DNA of 26,708 nt from a virus, in IMG/VR virus record IMGVR_UViG_3300013886_000019; one strand, written 5' to 3'. Positions 1 through 8,815 of this stretch are shown piece after piece; the stretch's first letter is position 1, and each line of letters begins with the position of its first letter. A model generated the notes under the pieces. The model did no database searches, was not told the origin of the DNA, and worked only from the letters and a program-made list of their open reading frames with translations. The translations under genes and the position numbers were made by a program.

Positions 1-98
1 CGCTAACTCCCCCCTCCCTCTTCTTCCCGGCCCCCGTCCAACCCTATTAGTTTTTTCTCGCACCCCCGCCGTTCACCCGAACACTAGGGGGTGTCCGG

Positions 99-139
99 GT
101 TAACATCAGTTCATATACTCCCCCCCCTCTGATGTTAAC
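99..139. repeat. Perfect 11-bp inverted repeat GTTAACATCAG (99-109) / CTGATGTTAAC (129-139), 19-bp spacer
   Basis: Read directly; lies in a ~650-bp region with no convincing ORF. Confidence 0.85.
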
Positions 140-700
140 TTCTGATTGCACAGAAATGGGGGGGATAACCACGAATCCCCTCCAGATGTGTTAATACCTG
201 ACTGTTAACCGGGGGGGTGTCGGGGGGTGAACATCGCTACAGGGTGGTCGCCCGATCCCCCCGCGGGAACCCCCCCTCAGGGCCCGGAGCATCGCTGGGT
301 ATCGGGGGATTGACCGGAGCAGGAGGGCGGGTCTAAGGGTACTGGATCGATCCAATGGTACTGGAAATCGGCAGGGGCATTGGGCGTTCATCCCGGCTGG
401 CACTACCAACAACCCTTCGGGCCCCCGATCTGTTCACCGGAATTGGGCGGGAGTGATAGCCCTCCGGTATCGTGTTCATCTGCCGGATCCAAGCCCTCTC
501 CCCGTTCACCCGGCCCCCGGGCACGTTCGCGGACTTCACGAAAACCCCCCCTCCCTCGCCCGGGCAACTGATAGGCAATCTTTATGACGGACCTACCGCC
601 AATGATTGAGTATACCCTTCATCCGGGCGGATCCGGCTGATCCTGGGGGTTTGCTCGCGTGGGGGGAGGTTGTAAAATGTGTCCGAAAAATGAGGTGAAC

Positions 701-970
701 GTGCCCAGCGAGAGTCGTCCGGTGCTGCAAACAGTCAAGCGAGTTCTCGGCAACCGCGGTCAGATGACCGTGGAGGAGGAGCTCCGTGATCTCCGTGCCC
801 TGTCCGGGAAGGAGCAGAAAGCGGTGCGAACCCTCCTCAAGAAGGCCGAGTTGCTCAAGCAGTCCGGGATGCTATCGTCGGCGGCTCGGCTGGAGTCCCA
901 GGCTCTCCAGACCGTGCGGCGCTATCGGCGTGCCGCTAAGACCGGCCCGAACCCGCTCACCGGGGCCTAA
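701..970 (+). CDS. Hypothetical basic helical protein (89 aa, GTG start)
   Basis: GTG at 701 follows the AAAATGAGGTG leader (687-697); same frame as the 659..970 ORF. Confidence 0.6.
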   Translation: MPSESRPVLQTVKRVLGNRGQMTVEEELRDLRALSGKEQKAVRTLLKKAELLKQSGMLSSAARLESQALQTVRRYRRAAKTGPNPLTGA

Positions 971-999
971 CCGGCCCCTTCTTCGTAAAATGTGCTGAA

Positions 1000-1019
1000 A
1001 AAATGCGGTAAAATGCGGT
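1000..1019 (+). repeat. Tandem 2 x AAAATGCGGT (one mismatch to the AAAATGAGGT leader)
   Basis: Read directly at 1000-1009 and 1010-1019. Confidence 0.8.
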
Positions 1020-1139
1020 GTAACATGGGAGCGTTCCGGGCCCGGGGGGTTCTGGAGGGTCCTCGGATCCCTCCTCTTCCCCGGCAGGCACGCCACGGTT
1101 CCCGCACTGACTCTTGATCTCAGGGAACGTGGCGAAGAG

Positions 1140-2588
1140 ATGACAGAACGGCAGGCGACGTTCGATGACCTTGCGGCAGTCCAGTATGTCCGGTCACTGA
1201 ACGCGACCCAGATCGATATCATCCGGCTCCTCGAGCAAGGCGACTACCAGGCCAACATCGCCCGCCGGCTCAAGAAGTCGCGGAGTTACGTCTGTCAGGT
1301 CGTCCGGCGGCTCGAAACCTACGGGCTCATCGTCGCCCGGCGGATCGCCTTCACGCATAAGGGCAAGACCCACACCATCGCCACCACCGACCCGCTCCAG
1401 GGCCGGGCGACCGGGTATATCGTCACCCCCCGGCTGCAGAACCTGCTCGCGCAGAACCCCCACAAAGACGGGTCCTACACGCTCTGCATCCCCCACCACC
1501 TCAAGATCAAGATCCCGATCCTCGACCAGAACCAGCCCCTCGTCACCGCCGGGTGGCGGCAGAGCCGGGCCCGGGCAATCCTCGTCCGGTCCTGGAAACC
1601 GCGGGGGCCCGAACGCCACCTCTTCCATGTCCAGACGGTCGGGGGAACGGTCGGGATCGAGTATCACGGGAAGTCGCTCGTCACCTACCGGGTCGAGCGG
1701 ACGCACCTCATGGCCGCCGATGTCGATGAAGCCACGGCGCTCGCGGCGGCCCAGATCCAGGACGGGGTCGCCCGGTTCGTGGAGGAGCAGGGGTGGTTCG
1801 GGGTCCGGCTCACGCTCGGCACCCCGCAGATCATCGATAAGCCGCACTTCGCCTTCGCCTCGAAGACCGCCCGCACGGTGCTCGACGCCGGGCAGCGGCT
1901 CACGACGCCGGGGGTCTACTGCGACGACTCGCTCGCCCACCACGGCCGGCCGGACGCCGGGGAGATCGAGACCACGGACCCGATCCTCGCGGACCAGATC
2001 GACCGGGGGCTGCGGAACGCCCTGAACATCGAGCCGATCGTGGAGCGGTCGGTCGCCCGGGGCATGGTCGAGCAGAGCAAGACGATCCTGGACGGGTTCT
2101 GCCAGCAGCTCGACCCGATCCAGCAGACGCTCGGGTCGATCTACGAGACCGCGAACACCGTCCTCGCCCACGTCCAGGGGGGAACGACGCTGGAGTATCA
2201 GTTCACCCAGATCGTGACGCTGCTCACCCATACCCTGAACGAGATCAAGGACCTCCGGGGCCGGGTCGCGGACCTCGAAGAGCAGCAGACCCGTAAAAAT
2301 GTGCCGAAAGGGAAGAAAAATGTCGCCAGAACAATGCCACACGAGGGCCGGGACGCGGGGGGCGCCCCGGCCCGGGGTCCCGATCACGGACCAGAAACCG
2401 GATGCCGAGCACAAGGTCTGCCTGAAGTGCGGGCTGGTCTACCAGAAACACCGGGTCCTGAAGTACCGCTACATCCCGCTGGGCCTGCACCGGGAAGTGA
2501 CCCGGTATGTCTGCCGGGACTGCTTCGCCCGGATGCCGGCGGCGGAGCGGCGGCAGGTCGTCGTACCCGCCGGAAGAAGAAAAAGTAG
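1140..2588 (+). CDS. N-terminal winged-HTH (MarR-like) DNA-binding protein with C-terminal coiled coil; true end possibly near 2296
   Basis: QIDIIRLLEQGDYQANIARRLKKSRSYVCQVVRRLETYGLI is a typical wHTH. The last ~90 codons overlap the next gene and look like off-frame translation. Confidence 0.75.
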   Translation: MTERQATFDDLAAVQYVRSLNATQIDIIRLLEQGDYQANIARRLKKSRSYVCQVVRRLETYGLIVARRIAFTHKGKTHTIATTDPLQGRATGYIVTPRLQNLLAQNPHKDGSYTLCIPHHLKIKIPILDQNQPLVTAGWRQSRARAILVRSWKPRGPERHLFHVQTVGGTVGIEYHGKSLVTYRVERTHLMAADVDEATALAAAQIQDGVARFVEEQGWFGVRLTLGTPQIIDKPHFAFASKTARTVLDAGQRLTTPGVYCDDSLAHHGRPDAGEIETTDPILADQIDRGLRNALNIEPIVERSVARGMVEQSKTILDGFCQQLDPIQQTLGSIYETANTVLAHVQGGTTLEYQFTQIVTLLTHTLNEIKDLRGRVADLEEQQTRKNVPKGKKNVARTMPHEGRDAGGAPARGPDHGPETGCRAQGLPEVRAGLPETPGPEVPLHPAGPAPGSDPVCLPGLLRPDAGGGAAAGRRTRRKKKK

Positions 2589-2775
2589 CCGGGCCGCGGT
2601 CGTCAACCCCGCTGCCGTCGCGGGTCTGGCCCGGCTCCGGGAGGTCAAGGGGGGGAGCCCGCAGGAGATCCTGGCGGCCCACCACGAGGTCCTGAAAGAC
2701 GATCCTCAGCGGCTGAGCAGCGCGTTCATCCTCTCCCTTTCCCGGATGCCGCGAGGAGGCGAGTCCCGTGAGTAA
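2320..2775 (+). CDS. Zinc-finger protein (CLKC...CRDC)
   Basis: Two CxxC pairs; ATG after an A-tract; stop overlaps the next start. Confidence 0.7.
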   Translation: MSPEQCHTRAGTRGAPRPGVPITDQKPDAEHKVCLKCGLVYQKHRVLKYRYIPLGLHREVTRYVCRDCFARMPAAERRQVVVPAGRRKSSRAAVVNPAAVAGLARLREVKGGSPQEILAAHHEVLKDDPQRLSSAFILSLSRMPRGGESRE

Positions 2776-3427
2776 CCCGCGGAAGTACTGGGACCGCCGG
2801 TATGCCGCCGGGGGGACGTCCGGCCTGGGCTCGGTCGGAACGCTCCGGGACTGGAAGCATCAGGTTATCCTGTCGTATGCCGGGACCCCCGCCTCGGTGA
2901 TCGATGTCGGGTGCGGAGACCTCTCGTTCTGGCACGGGTGTCCCCCGGAGTCCTATACCGGGATCGACCTCTCGACCGTCATCATCGCCCGCAACCAGCG
3001 CCGGTATCCAGATCGCCGGTGGATCTGTTCCTCCGGGAGCGTCCGGCCCCCGGTCACCGCCCCGGTCGTGCTCTGCCTTGACCTGCTCTTCCACCTCCTG
3101 GACGAGACCGAGTACCGCCGGACGCTGGAAACGCTCTGCGCCTGCTCGGAACGCTGGATCTTCATCTACACCTGGCACACGAACCCGATCCCGGCCATCC
3201 GCTGGCAGATCCGGGTAGACCACCTCCGGCACCTCCGGTTGCGGGCGTTTGCCGCATCGTTCTGGGACCTCACCTCCGACCATGTCTACGAACAGTTCCG
3301 AAACCTCAGAACCGACCTCCCGCTCTTCACCGCGGCAGGGTTCGACCTCGACCGGTTCGTGCCCTACGACCAGGTCGGCGGGATGTATGTCTTCCGCAAG
3401 CGGGAGGAAAAGCATGAAGATCCTTGA
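2768..3427 (+). CDS. Class I SAM-dependent methyltransferase (glycan-cluster type)
   Basis: YWDRRYAAGGTSGLGSVG N-terminus; motif I VIDVGCGD; YTGID; LCLDLLFHL. Confidence 0.85.
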   Translation: MSNPRKYWDRRYAAGGTSGLGSVGTLRDWKHQVILSYAGTPASVIDVGCGDLSFWHGCPPESYTGIDLSTVIIARNQRRYPDRRWICSSGSVRPPVTAPVVLCLDLLFHLLDETEYRRTLETLCACSERWIFIYTWHTNPIPAIRWQIRVDHLRHLRLRAFAASFWDLTSDHVYEQFRNLRTDLPLFTAAGFDLDRFVPYDQVGGMYVFRKREEKHEDP

Positions 3428-4325
3428 AGTCGGCGGGTGCTGCGCCGGGGTTCCCGCCCGGCTGGCCGACCTCCTCGACACCCGGCACATCACGTTCGGG
3501 CCGACGGGGTTCGCTCCTGCAAAGCAGACTGTGCAGTTTGGGGAGGCCCGGCGGTTCGAGGTTCTCAACCGAGTCCAGCACCTCCCCGCATTCCTCGCGG
3601 CGGCTGAGTCGTATGATGTCCTGCACTTCCACTACCGCACCTACCTGCCGCAGTTCCTCGACCTCCCCTTTTGGCGCTTGCGGGGAAAACGGGTCTGGGT
3701 CTCGTTCCACGGCAGCGACATCCGGGGCCGGGCCCTCAAGGCCGCAAACCCCCTGCTCCGGCTCGCAGACCGGATCTTCGTCAGCACCCCAGACCTTCTC
3801 GATACGCTGCCGGACGCCGAATGGCTGCCGAACCCCGTCCCGGCCCTTGACCCCGCCCCGCTGCCCGACAACGAGATCCCGGTCGTGGTCCACTGCCCAT
3901 CAAACCCGGCCCTGAAAGGGACCGCCGTGATCGAGCAGGCGGTCGCGTGGCTCAAACAGCAGGAAGGACGGGAGTTCGTCTACCGCCGGGTCACGGGGTG
4001 CTCGCACGAAGAGACCCTCGCGGCCATGCGGGGTGCCGATATCGTGATCGACCAGGCCCTCTATCCCAGGCTGTACTGCATGGTCTCCATCGAGGCGATG
4101 GCGCTGGGGCGGCCGGTCCTCGCGGCAGTAGACCGCCGCACGCTGGCCCGCCTTCCCCCCGACTGCCCAGTCGTCTCCTGCGGGACCACTCAGGAAACCA
4201 TCGCGGCGGCGCTCGCCTATCTGCTGGACGCCCCCGGCCGGTGTGACCTCCTCGGTCACCAGGGGGTCCAGTATGTTGCCCGGGTCCACAGCCCCGACGC
4301 CGTGAGGGAGGTGCTCCTCGGATGA
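3414..4325 (+). CDS. GT-B fold glycosyltransferase (GT4-like)
   Basis: YDVLHFH, SFHGSDIR, HCPSNPALKGT, ADIVIDQ, IEAMALGRPVL; ATG 3414 overlaps the methyltransferase end. Confidence 0.85.
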   Translation: MKILEVGGCCAGVPARLADLLDTRHITFGPTGFAPAKQTVQFGEARRFEVLNRVQHLPAFLAAAESYDVLHFHYRTYLPQFLDLPFWRLRGKRVWVSFHGSDIRGRALKAANPLLRLADRIFVSTPDLLDTLPDAEWLPNPVPALDPAPLPDNEIPVVVHCPSNPALKGTAVIEQAVAWLKQQEGREFVYRRVTGCSHEETLAAMRGADIVIDQALYPRLYCMVSIEAMALGRPVLAAVDRRTLARLPPDCPVVSCGTTQETIAAALAYLLDAPGRCDLLGHQGVQYVARVHSPDAVREVLLG

Positions 4326-4687
4326 AATATTCAGACTTCATGGTTTGGGCAGACGATCTTATCCAGATCTACCTCCGCTGCGGTCCCCGCCCATTTACTC
4401 GTGCCGAAATCAGTGACATAACTCACCGAGGAACCATGAATCGGTACGCCGAACGAGGCTATTTTGTTCGTGTTCGGAACTCCGAGGGTTCGCCCCTCAA
4501 AAAAGGCGTCCGGGGCCGTGCAAACGTCTGGCGGTTCCATGATCGCATTGCTTGGAAGTGTCAATCGGTAATTGCAGAGCATGAGCGATTGGAGGCAGAT
4601 CTTGGATGGAATCGCGATCTACCAGACGTTTTGTGGAGGTCCCCTGAATGGCGCAGCGGGGGGGAAGATCTGGAGGAGAGATCATGA
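4322..4687 (+). CDS. Small hypothetical protein, possible wHTH
   Basis: ATGA-coupled on both sides; PFTRAEI..RGTMNRYAERGYF..VWRF pattern; visibly lower GC. Confidence 0.6.
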   Translation: MKYSDFMVWADDLIQIYLRCGPRPFTRAEISDITHRGTMNRYAERGYFVRVRNSEGSPLKKGVRGRANVWRFHDRIAWKCQSVIAEHERLEADLGWNRDLPDVLWRSPEWRSGGEDLEERS

Positions 4688-5703
4688 TCGTCTGCCACCT
4701 CACGACTACTCACCCCCCAAACGACGCCAGGATCACGCGGGAGAGCGACTCCCTGCGCCGTTCCGGGTGCCGGGTCTCCGTCGCCACCATCCCGCCGGGG
4801 TACCCGAAATGGCAACACCCGCTCAAACTCCTCCGGCTCGTGGGAGAGTCGTTCCGCCACAATGCCGATATCTACCACTGCCATGAGCCCGATGCCCTTG
4901 TTGTGGGACTCATCCATCGTCTGCGGGGGAAGAAGGTCGTCTATGACGTCCACGAACACTGGCCCTCCGAGCTCCCGCACGACATCAACGCCCCGCAAAC
5001 CATCGCCCCCCTCATCGACCCGGTCGAACGGTGGCTGGCCCGGCGGGCCGATGCCGTGATCGCCGTCTCGGAGAGTGTCGGGGCCCGGTTCGACCACCCC
5101 GTGATCCTGCCGAACTACCCGGACCCCGCCACAACTCTCCTCCCCCCGCCGGCGACCCTCAATCTGCACGCCTTCTCCTGCATCGCCGCCAAGCTGCACA
5201 CCTTCCACGGGGTCCCGGAAGCCCTCGCGGCGGTGGGCCGGCTCCGTGCCGTGGGGTGGGAGGATGCCCGGCTCACGCTGATCGGGAACCGGGCCGTCGC
5301 CCTCCCCTCCGCCGCCCCGGTCACCTGCACCGGCTACCTCCCGCAGGCCCGGGTCCCGGCCGCTCTCCAGGCCGCTGGAGTGGGGCTGGTCCTCCTCCAG
5401 CCCGAGTACGAGAACATCCGGATCGGCCTCCCGAACAAGTTATTCAGTTACATGGCCGCGGGGGTGCCGGTGATCGCCTCTGCCCTGCCGGAGATCCGGC
5501 GGGTGGTCGAGGACGCCCGGTGTGGGGTCCTGGTCGAGCCCGGGAACGTGGACGCGATCGTGGAAGCGGCCTGCTGGCTCGCGGACCATCCCGCCGACGC
5601 CCGCACCCTGGGGCTGAACGGGCAGCAGGCGATCATGACTCGATACCGCTGGGACGCGGTCGAAGAACGGCTGGTGGCGGCCTACACCACCTTGGAACGG
5701 TAA
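4684..5703 (+). CDS. Glycosyltransferase family 4
   Basis: HLTTTHPPNDARI, ADIYHCHEPD, VYDVHEHWP, LPNKLFSYMAAGVPVIAS, GVLVEPGN. Confidence 0.92.
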   Translation: MIVCHLTTTHPPNDARITRESDSLRRSGCRVSVATIPPGYPKWQHPLKLLRLVGESFRHNADIYHCHEPDALVVGLIHRLRGKKVVYDVHEHWPSELPHDINAPQTIAPLIDPVERWLARRADAVIAVSESVGARFDHPVILPNYPDPATTLLPPPATLNLHAFSCIAAKLHTFHGVPEALAAVGRLRAVGWEDARLTLIGNRAVALPSAAPVTCTGYLPQARVPAALQAAGVGLVLLQPEYENIRIGLPNKLFSYMAAGVPVIASALPEIRRVVEDARCGVLVEPGNVDAIVEAACWLADHPADARTLGLNGQQAIMTRYRWDAVEERLVAAYTTLER

Positions 5704-5707
5704 TACC

Positions 5708-6079
5708 ATGTCAGAACACGTATCAAACCCTACCTCCGCCCTCCTTACGCCGGACGGCTACCGGGTCGTGGAGAAGAACGCGGCCGAGACCGTCGCCTTG
5801 GTCGAGGGCGAGCCGGGGGACGCCCTCCGGTTCGCCACCATCACCCTCGCGAACCTGCAGGCGTTCGTCGTCAAACTGGCGGAGATCGCCACCCCCGAGA
5901 CGGAGATCGACCTCTACCTGGACTGGCTCACCATCATCGGGCGGCCGGTATCCGGCGACGGAAAGAAGATGGTTTTCGTTGCCGGGATGATCGTGGAGGA
6001 GGTTCCCGACGATCCCGCCGGGGGTCCGGGGAACGAAAGCGGAACAGACATATATGATGACAGACAAACCTCTGGTTAA
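5708..6079 (+). CDS. Hypothetical acidic protein
   Basis: Fills the gap in the operon; typical codon usage. Confidence 0.65.
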   Translation: MSEHVSNPTSALLTPDGYRVVEKNAAETVALVEGEPGDALRFATITLANLQAFVVKLAEIATPETEIDLYLDWLTIIGRPVSGDGKKMVFVAGMIVEEVPDDPAGGPGNESGTDIYDDRQTSG

Positions 6080-6080
6080 C

Positions 6081-6092
6081 CTGCATGTACAG
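6081..6092. promoter_or_regulatory. Palindromic motif CTGCATGTACAG (1-mismatch variant) upstream of the RBS of 6115
   Basis: Variant of CTGCA-N2-TGCAG, followed by AAAAAATGGGTGATAAAAATG. Confidence 0.45.
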
Positions 6093-6114
6093 ATCTAAAA
6101 AATGGGTGATAAAA

Positions 6115-6399
6115 ATGGCTGAACCCTATCCGTTAACCCCGCCGCCGAACTATTCCGCGTCCGTCCCGGCGGCCCTCGGGATCCCGGCTGGCCGGGCCGA
6201 GGAACTGAACCGCTGGTTGTTCGAGACCGTCATCCCGTCCTGCCCGCTCAGGTCTGATGTCCTCGACATGATCAACGCGGGCCGGGGGATCGAGAACCTG
6301 ACCCAGACTGAGAAACTCTTCCTCGCCTTCGTCTTCGGCCGGGTGAGTATGATCCGGCCGCCGGGAATGGGGGTCCTCTTCGGGGGGCGGGTGCCGTGA
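6115..6399 (+). CDS. Hypothetical protein
   Basis: ATG 6115 after GGTGATAAAA; coupled to the next gene. Confidence 0.65.
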   Translation: MAEPYPLTPPPNYSASVPAALGIPAGRAEELNRWLFETVIPSCPLRSDVLDMINAGRGIENLTQTEKLFLAFVFGRVSMIRPPGMGVLFGGRVP

Positions 6400-6782
6400 G
6401 TGACCTTGTCCGGGATGTGCTCTTCTGCCTCCGGTGCCTGCGGCACCCGGGGGAAGAACCCTTGGTGTTCCTCGGGATCGTCTTCTTCTTCCTCATGGGG
6501 CTCGTCGCGGGGGTGGCGACCGCGGGGGCGCTCACGGTCTCCGAGGCCACCATCACCGTCGAGGAGCGGATCGGGGCGCACGGCGAGGACGGGATCTTCC
6601 TCATCCTGACTGAGGAAGGCGAAGCCTTCACCGTTGAGGACAACCTCTTCAGGCTCCAGTTCGACGCCTCCGACCGCTACGCCAGCCTGAAAGAGGGCGG
6701 GCGGTACCATGTCACCTGCACAGGCTGGCGGTTCCAGCCCCTCTCGTGGTACCGGAACATCGTGGCCGCCGAGGAGGTGTGA
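6396..6782 (+). CDS. Phage-type membrane-anchored/secreted protein (DUF1523-like OB fold)
   Basis: N-terminal TM segment, then FTVEDNLFRLQFDASDRYASLKEGGRYHVTCTGWRFQPLSWYRNI, recalled as a widespread phage family pattern. Confidence 0.7.
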   Translation: MSDLVRDVLFCLRCLRHPGEEPLVFLGIVFFFLMGLVAGVATAGALTVSEATITVEERIGAHGEDGIFLILTEEGEAFTVEDNLFRLQFDASDRYASLKEGGRYHVTCTGWRFQPLSWYRNIVAAEEV

Positions 6783-6787
6783 GTGGG

Positions 6788-7126
6788 ATGTCGTCCACAG
6801 ATAATAATCAGGCCCGGCAATGGCCCCCGGGCACGCTCAGCGCCTCCTTCCGGCTCGCCATCGAGATCCGGCAGATGAACAAAGAAGGGACGCCTGCCAC
6901 TACCCCCGGTCTGATCGAGCGGCTGGCCCCGCTCATGAGCAAGGCCGTTACCCGGGTCGCCCTGATCACGCTGGAGGACTACGGGATCATCGAAGGCCAT
7001 TACGGGCCGACTGGCGACGGCGGGGTGGGGTACTGCTATACGGTCACGGAAGATGTGGCTCCGTTCATCGACACCTTGGCAGAGAAACTCCAGCAGGGGG
7101 TTCTCGTGTATGTGCCGGAGGCCTGA
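6788..7126 (+). CDS. Winged-HTH putative transcriptional regulator
   Basis: LIERLAPLMSKAVTRVALITLEDYGIIEGHY...YCYTV helix-helix-wing pattern. Confidence 0.65.
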   Translation: MSSTDNNQARQWPPGTLSASFRLAIEIRQMNKEGTPATTPGLIERLAPLMSKAVTRVALITLEDYGIIEGHYGPTGDGGVGYCYTVTEDVAPFIDTLAEKLQQGVLVYVPEA

Positions 7127-7127
7127 G

Positions 7128-7457
7128 ATGGGCTATCCCTACGGCACCGTGGACGGGGGCCGGTCCCGGATCGGGGCGGGGCTTGCCGAAGCGGTCCTGA
7201 TCCTGCCGACGAAGAAGCGGGCAGGGCGGCTCCTCGCGATCCCCCGGAGGGATGTGGTGCTCTTCTTCGGGGTCGTCGGTCGCCGGACGCCGGTCTACGA
7301 TGGCACCGGGACGGAGGTCGGCTACGGGGTCTGGGAGGGCGATGTCTTCCGGGTCTATGTCGGGGAAGCCCCCCCGCTCGAGATCCCGGCCCGGGACCTC
7401 CGGGGGGCCGTGCGGGAGTTGCCGAAGGCGGGAACCGTGTACCGGGGGGCGGCATGA
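7128..7457 (+). CDS. Hypothetical protein
   Basis: Start 1 nt after the previous stop; ATGA overlap with the radical SAM gene. Confidence 0.6.
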   Translation: MGYPYGTVDGGRSRIGAGLAEAVLILPTKKRAGRLLAIPRRDVVLFFGVVGRRTPVYDGTGTEVGYGVWEGDVFRVYVGEAPPLEIPARDLRGAVRELPKAGTVYRGAA

Positions 7458-8227
7458 CGCTATCGGTCGTCTACGAACCCCGGGGCCGGGCGCGGGAGTA
7501 TTCCCCCCTTGCCCTCAATCTCTATCGGGGATGCTCCTCCAGATGTGTCTACTGCTACGCCTCAGATGTTCTGCATATGAAGGTCGAAGACTTCCACCAG
7601 CCCGTGCCCCGGGCAGGGATCATCGCGAAACTCGTCCAGGACGCCAAGGCCCTCCAGGCGGCCGGGAACCAGAAGCCGATCTTGCTCTGCTTCACCTGCG
7701 ATCCCTACATGCAGATCGAGGAGCGGTGCGGGATCACCCGACAGGCGCTGGAGATCCTACTCCGGCACGAGCAGCCGGTCCAGATCCTGACGAAGGGCGG
7801 GCGGCGCAGCATCCGGGACTTCGACCTCCTCGCGGAGCACAAAGACCACAGCACCTACGCCGCCACCCTGACGTTCACCGACCCTGCCGACCTCGCCCGC
7901 TACGAGCCCGGCGCCGACACCTACGCCGGCCGGGTCGCGGCCCTCCGGGCGGCGCACCGGCTCGGCATCGAGACGTGGGTCTCCTGCGAGCCGGTGATCG
8001 ACCCGGCCCAGACGCTCGCGATCATCAAGGAGACCCATGAGTATGTCGATCAGTTCCGGGTCGGGAAACTGAACGCCCGATCCGGCGACATGGCGAAGAT
8101 CGAGGCGGCCATCGACTGGCATCGGTTCGCCCGCGAGGCCGTGGACCTGCTGCAGGACCTGGGGGCGAAGTACTACATCAAGGAGGACCTGAAACCGTTC
8201 CTCCGGCAGCGGCAGTTGGGGGTGTGA
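7454..8227 (+). CDS. Radical SAM protein, spore-photoproduct-lyase-like (SplB/Rv2578c-like) family
   Basis: YEPRGRAREY..LALNLYRGCSSRCVYCYA (CxxxCxxC); LLCFTCDPY; QILTKG; WVSCEPVID. Confidence 0.85.
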   Translation: MTLSVVYEPRGRAREYSPLALNLYRGCSSRCVYCYASDVLHMKVEDFHQPVPRAGIIAKLVQDAKALQAAGNQKPILLCFTCDPYMQIEERCGITRQALEILLRHEQPVQILTKGGRRSIRDFDLLAEHKDHSTYAATLTFTDPADLARYEPGADTYAGRVAALRAAHRLGIETWVSCEPVIDPAQTLAIIKETHEYVDQFRVGKLNARSGDMAKIEAAIDWHRFAREAVDLLQDLGAKYYIKEDLKPFLRQRQLGV

Positions 8228-8228
8228 G

Positions 8229-8570
8229 ATGACCCGGCTGCAGATTAGGATCGAGCGGTGGTTGCTCCCGAAGGTAGTGCAGCACCTCGAGCGCGTAATG
8301 TTCTGGCTCAAGCCGCGACTCTGGATTTACCTCGATCTAGATTATGACCGGTGGCACAGCATTTCCAATTCAATGCGCGAATTGAACTCCCAGTTATTTT
8401 CCTTGGAACTGGATGTCCGTGACGAGGTGGTGCGCTATCACACACCGGCAGTATCCTCCCTCATCGCGGGCTACCTCTTCAGGAGTTACACATACGATCC
8501 CGAGAGGGGCCAGAAAGTCAGCGAGGCCATCCAGCGGGAGCGGGAAGAGCGAAACCGGGGGTCAGAATGA
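8229..8570 (+). CDS. Hypothetical protein
   Basis: Operon position; lower GC. Confidence 0.55.
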   Translation: MTRLQIRIERWLLPKVVQHLERVMFWLKPRLWIYLDLDYDRWHSISNSMRELNSQLFSLELDVRDEVVRYHTPAVSSLIAGYLFRSYTYDPERGQKVSEAIQREREERNRGSE

Positions 8571-8815
8571 GCGGGGCGACGGCGGGTTTGATCGCTGGGG
8601 TTTTGGTAGTCCTCCTGAGCTTTGTGGTGGTGATCCTCTCGACGCTGGTCGGTGCGGTCTGCGGCTGGGTAGTGGGACTGACTCCCCTTGGGGGGATGGC
8701 CCTCCACGCCCTGGCGGGGTTCGGGGTGACCGGCATCCCGCTCCACGACATCGGGGCCCTGATCGGGTTTGTGTCGGGGTTCTTCTCGCATCATGGGGGG
8801 GCGAAGGATGATTGA
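8567..8815 (+). CDS. Small membrane protein (2 TM)
   Basis: Two hydrophobic Gly-rich segments; coupled starts and stops. Confidence 0.7.
   Translation: MSGATAGLIAGVLVVLLSFVVVILSTLVGAVCGWVVGLTPLGGMALHALAGFGVTGIPLHDIGALIGFVSGFFSHHGGAKDD

Noticed and set aside
7454-8227. Radical SAM enzyme as QueE feeding the DpdA-like enzyme
   Set aside because: Motifs (YEPRGRAREY, FTCDPY, VSCEP) fit the SPL-like family, not QueE; no queC, queD or folE seen
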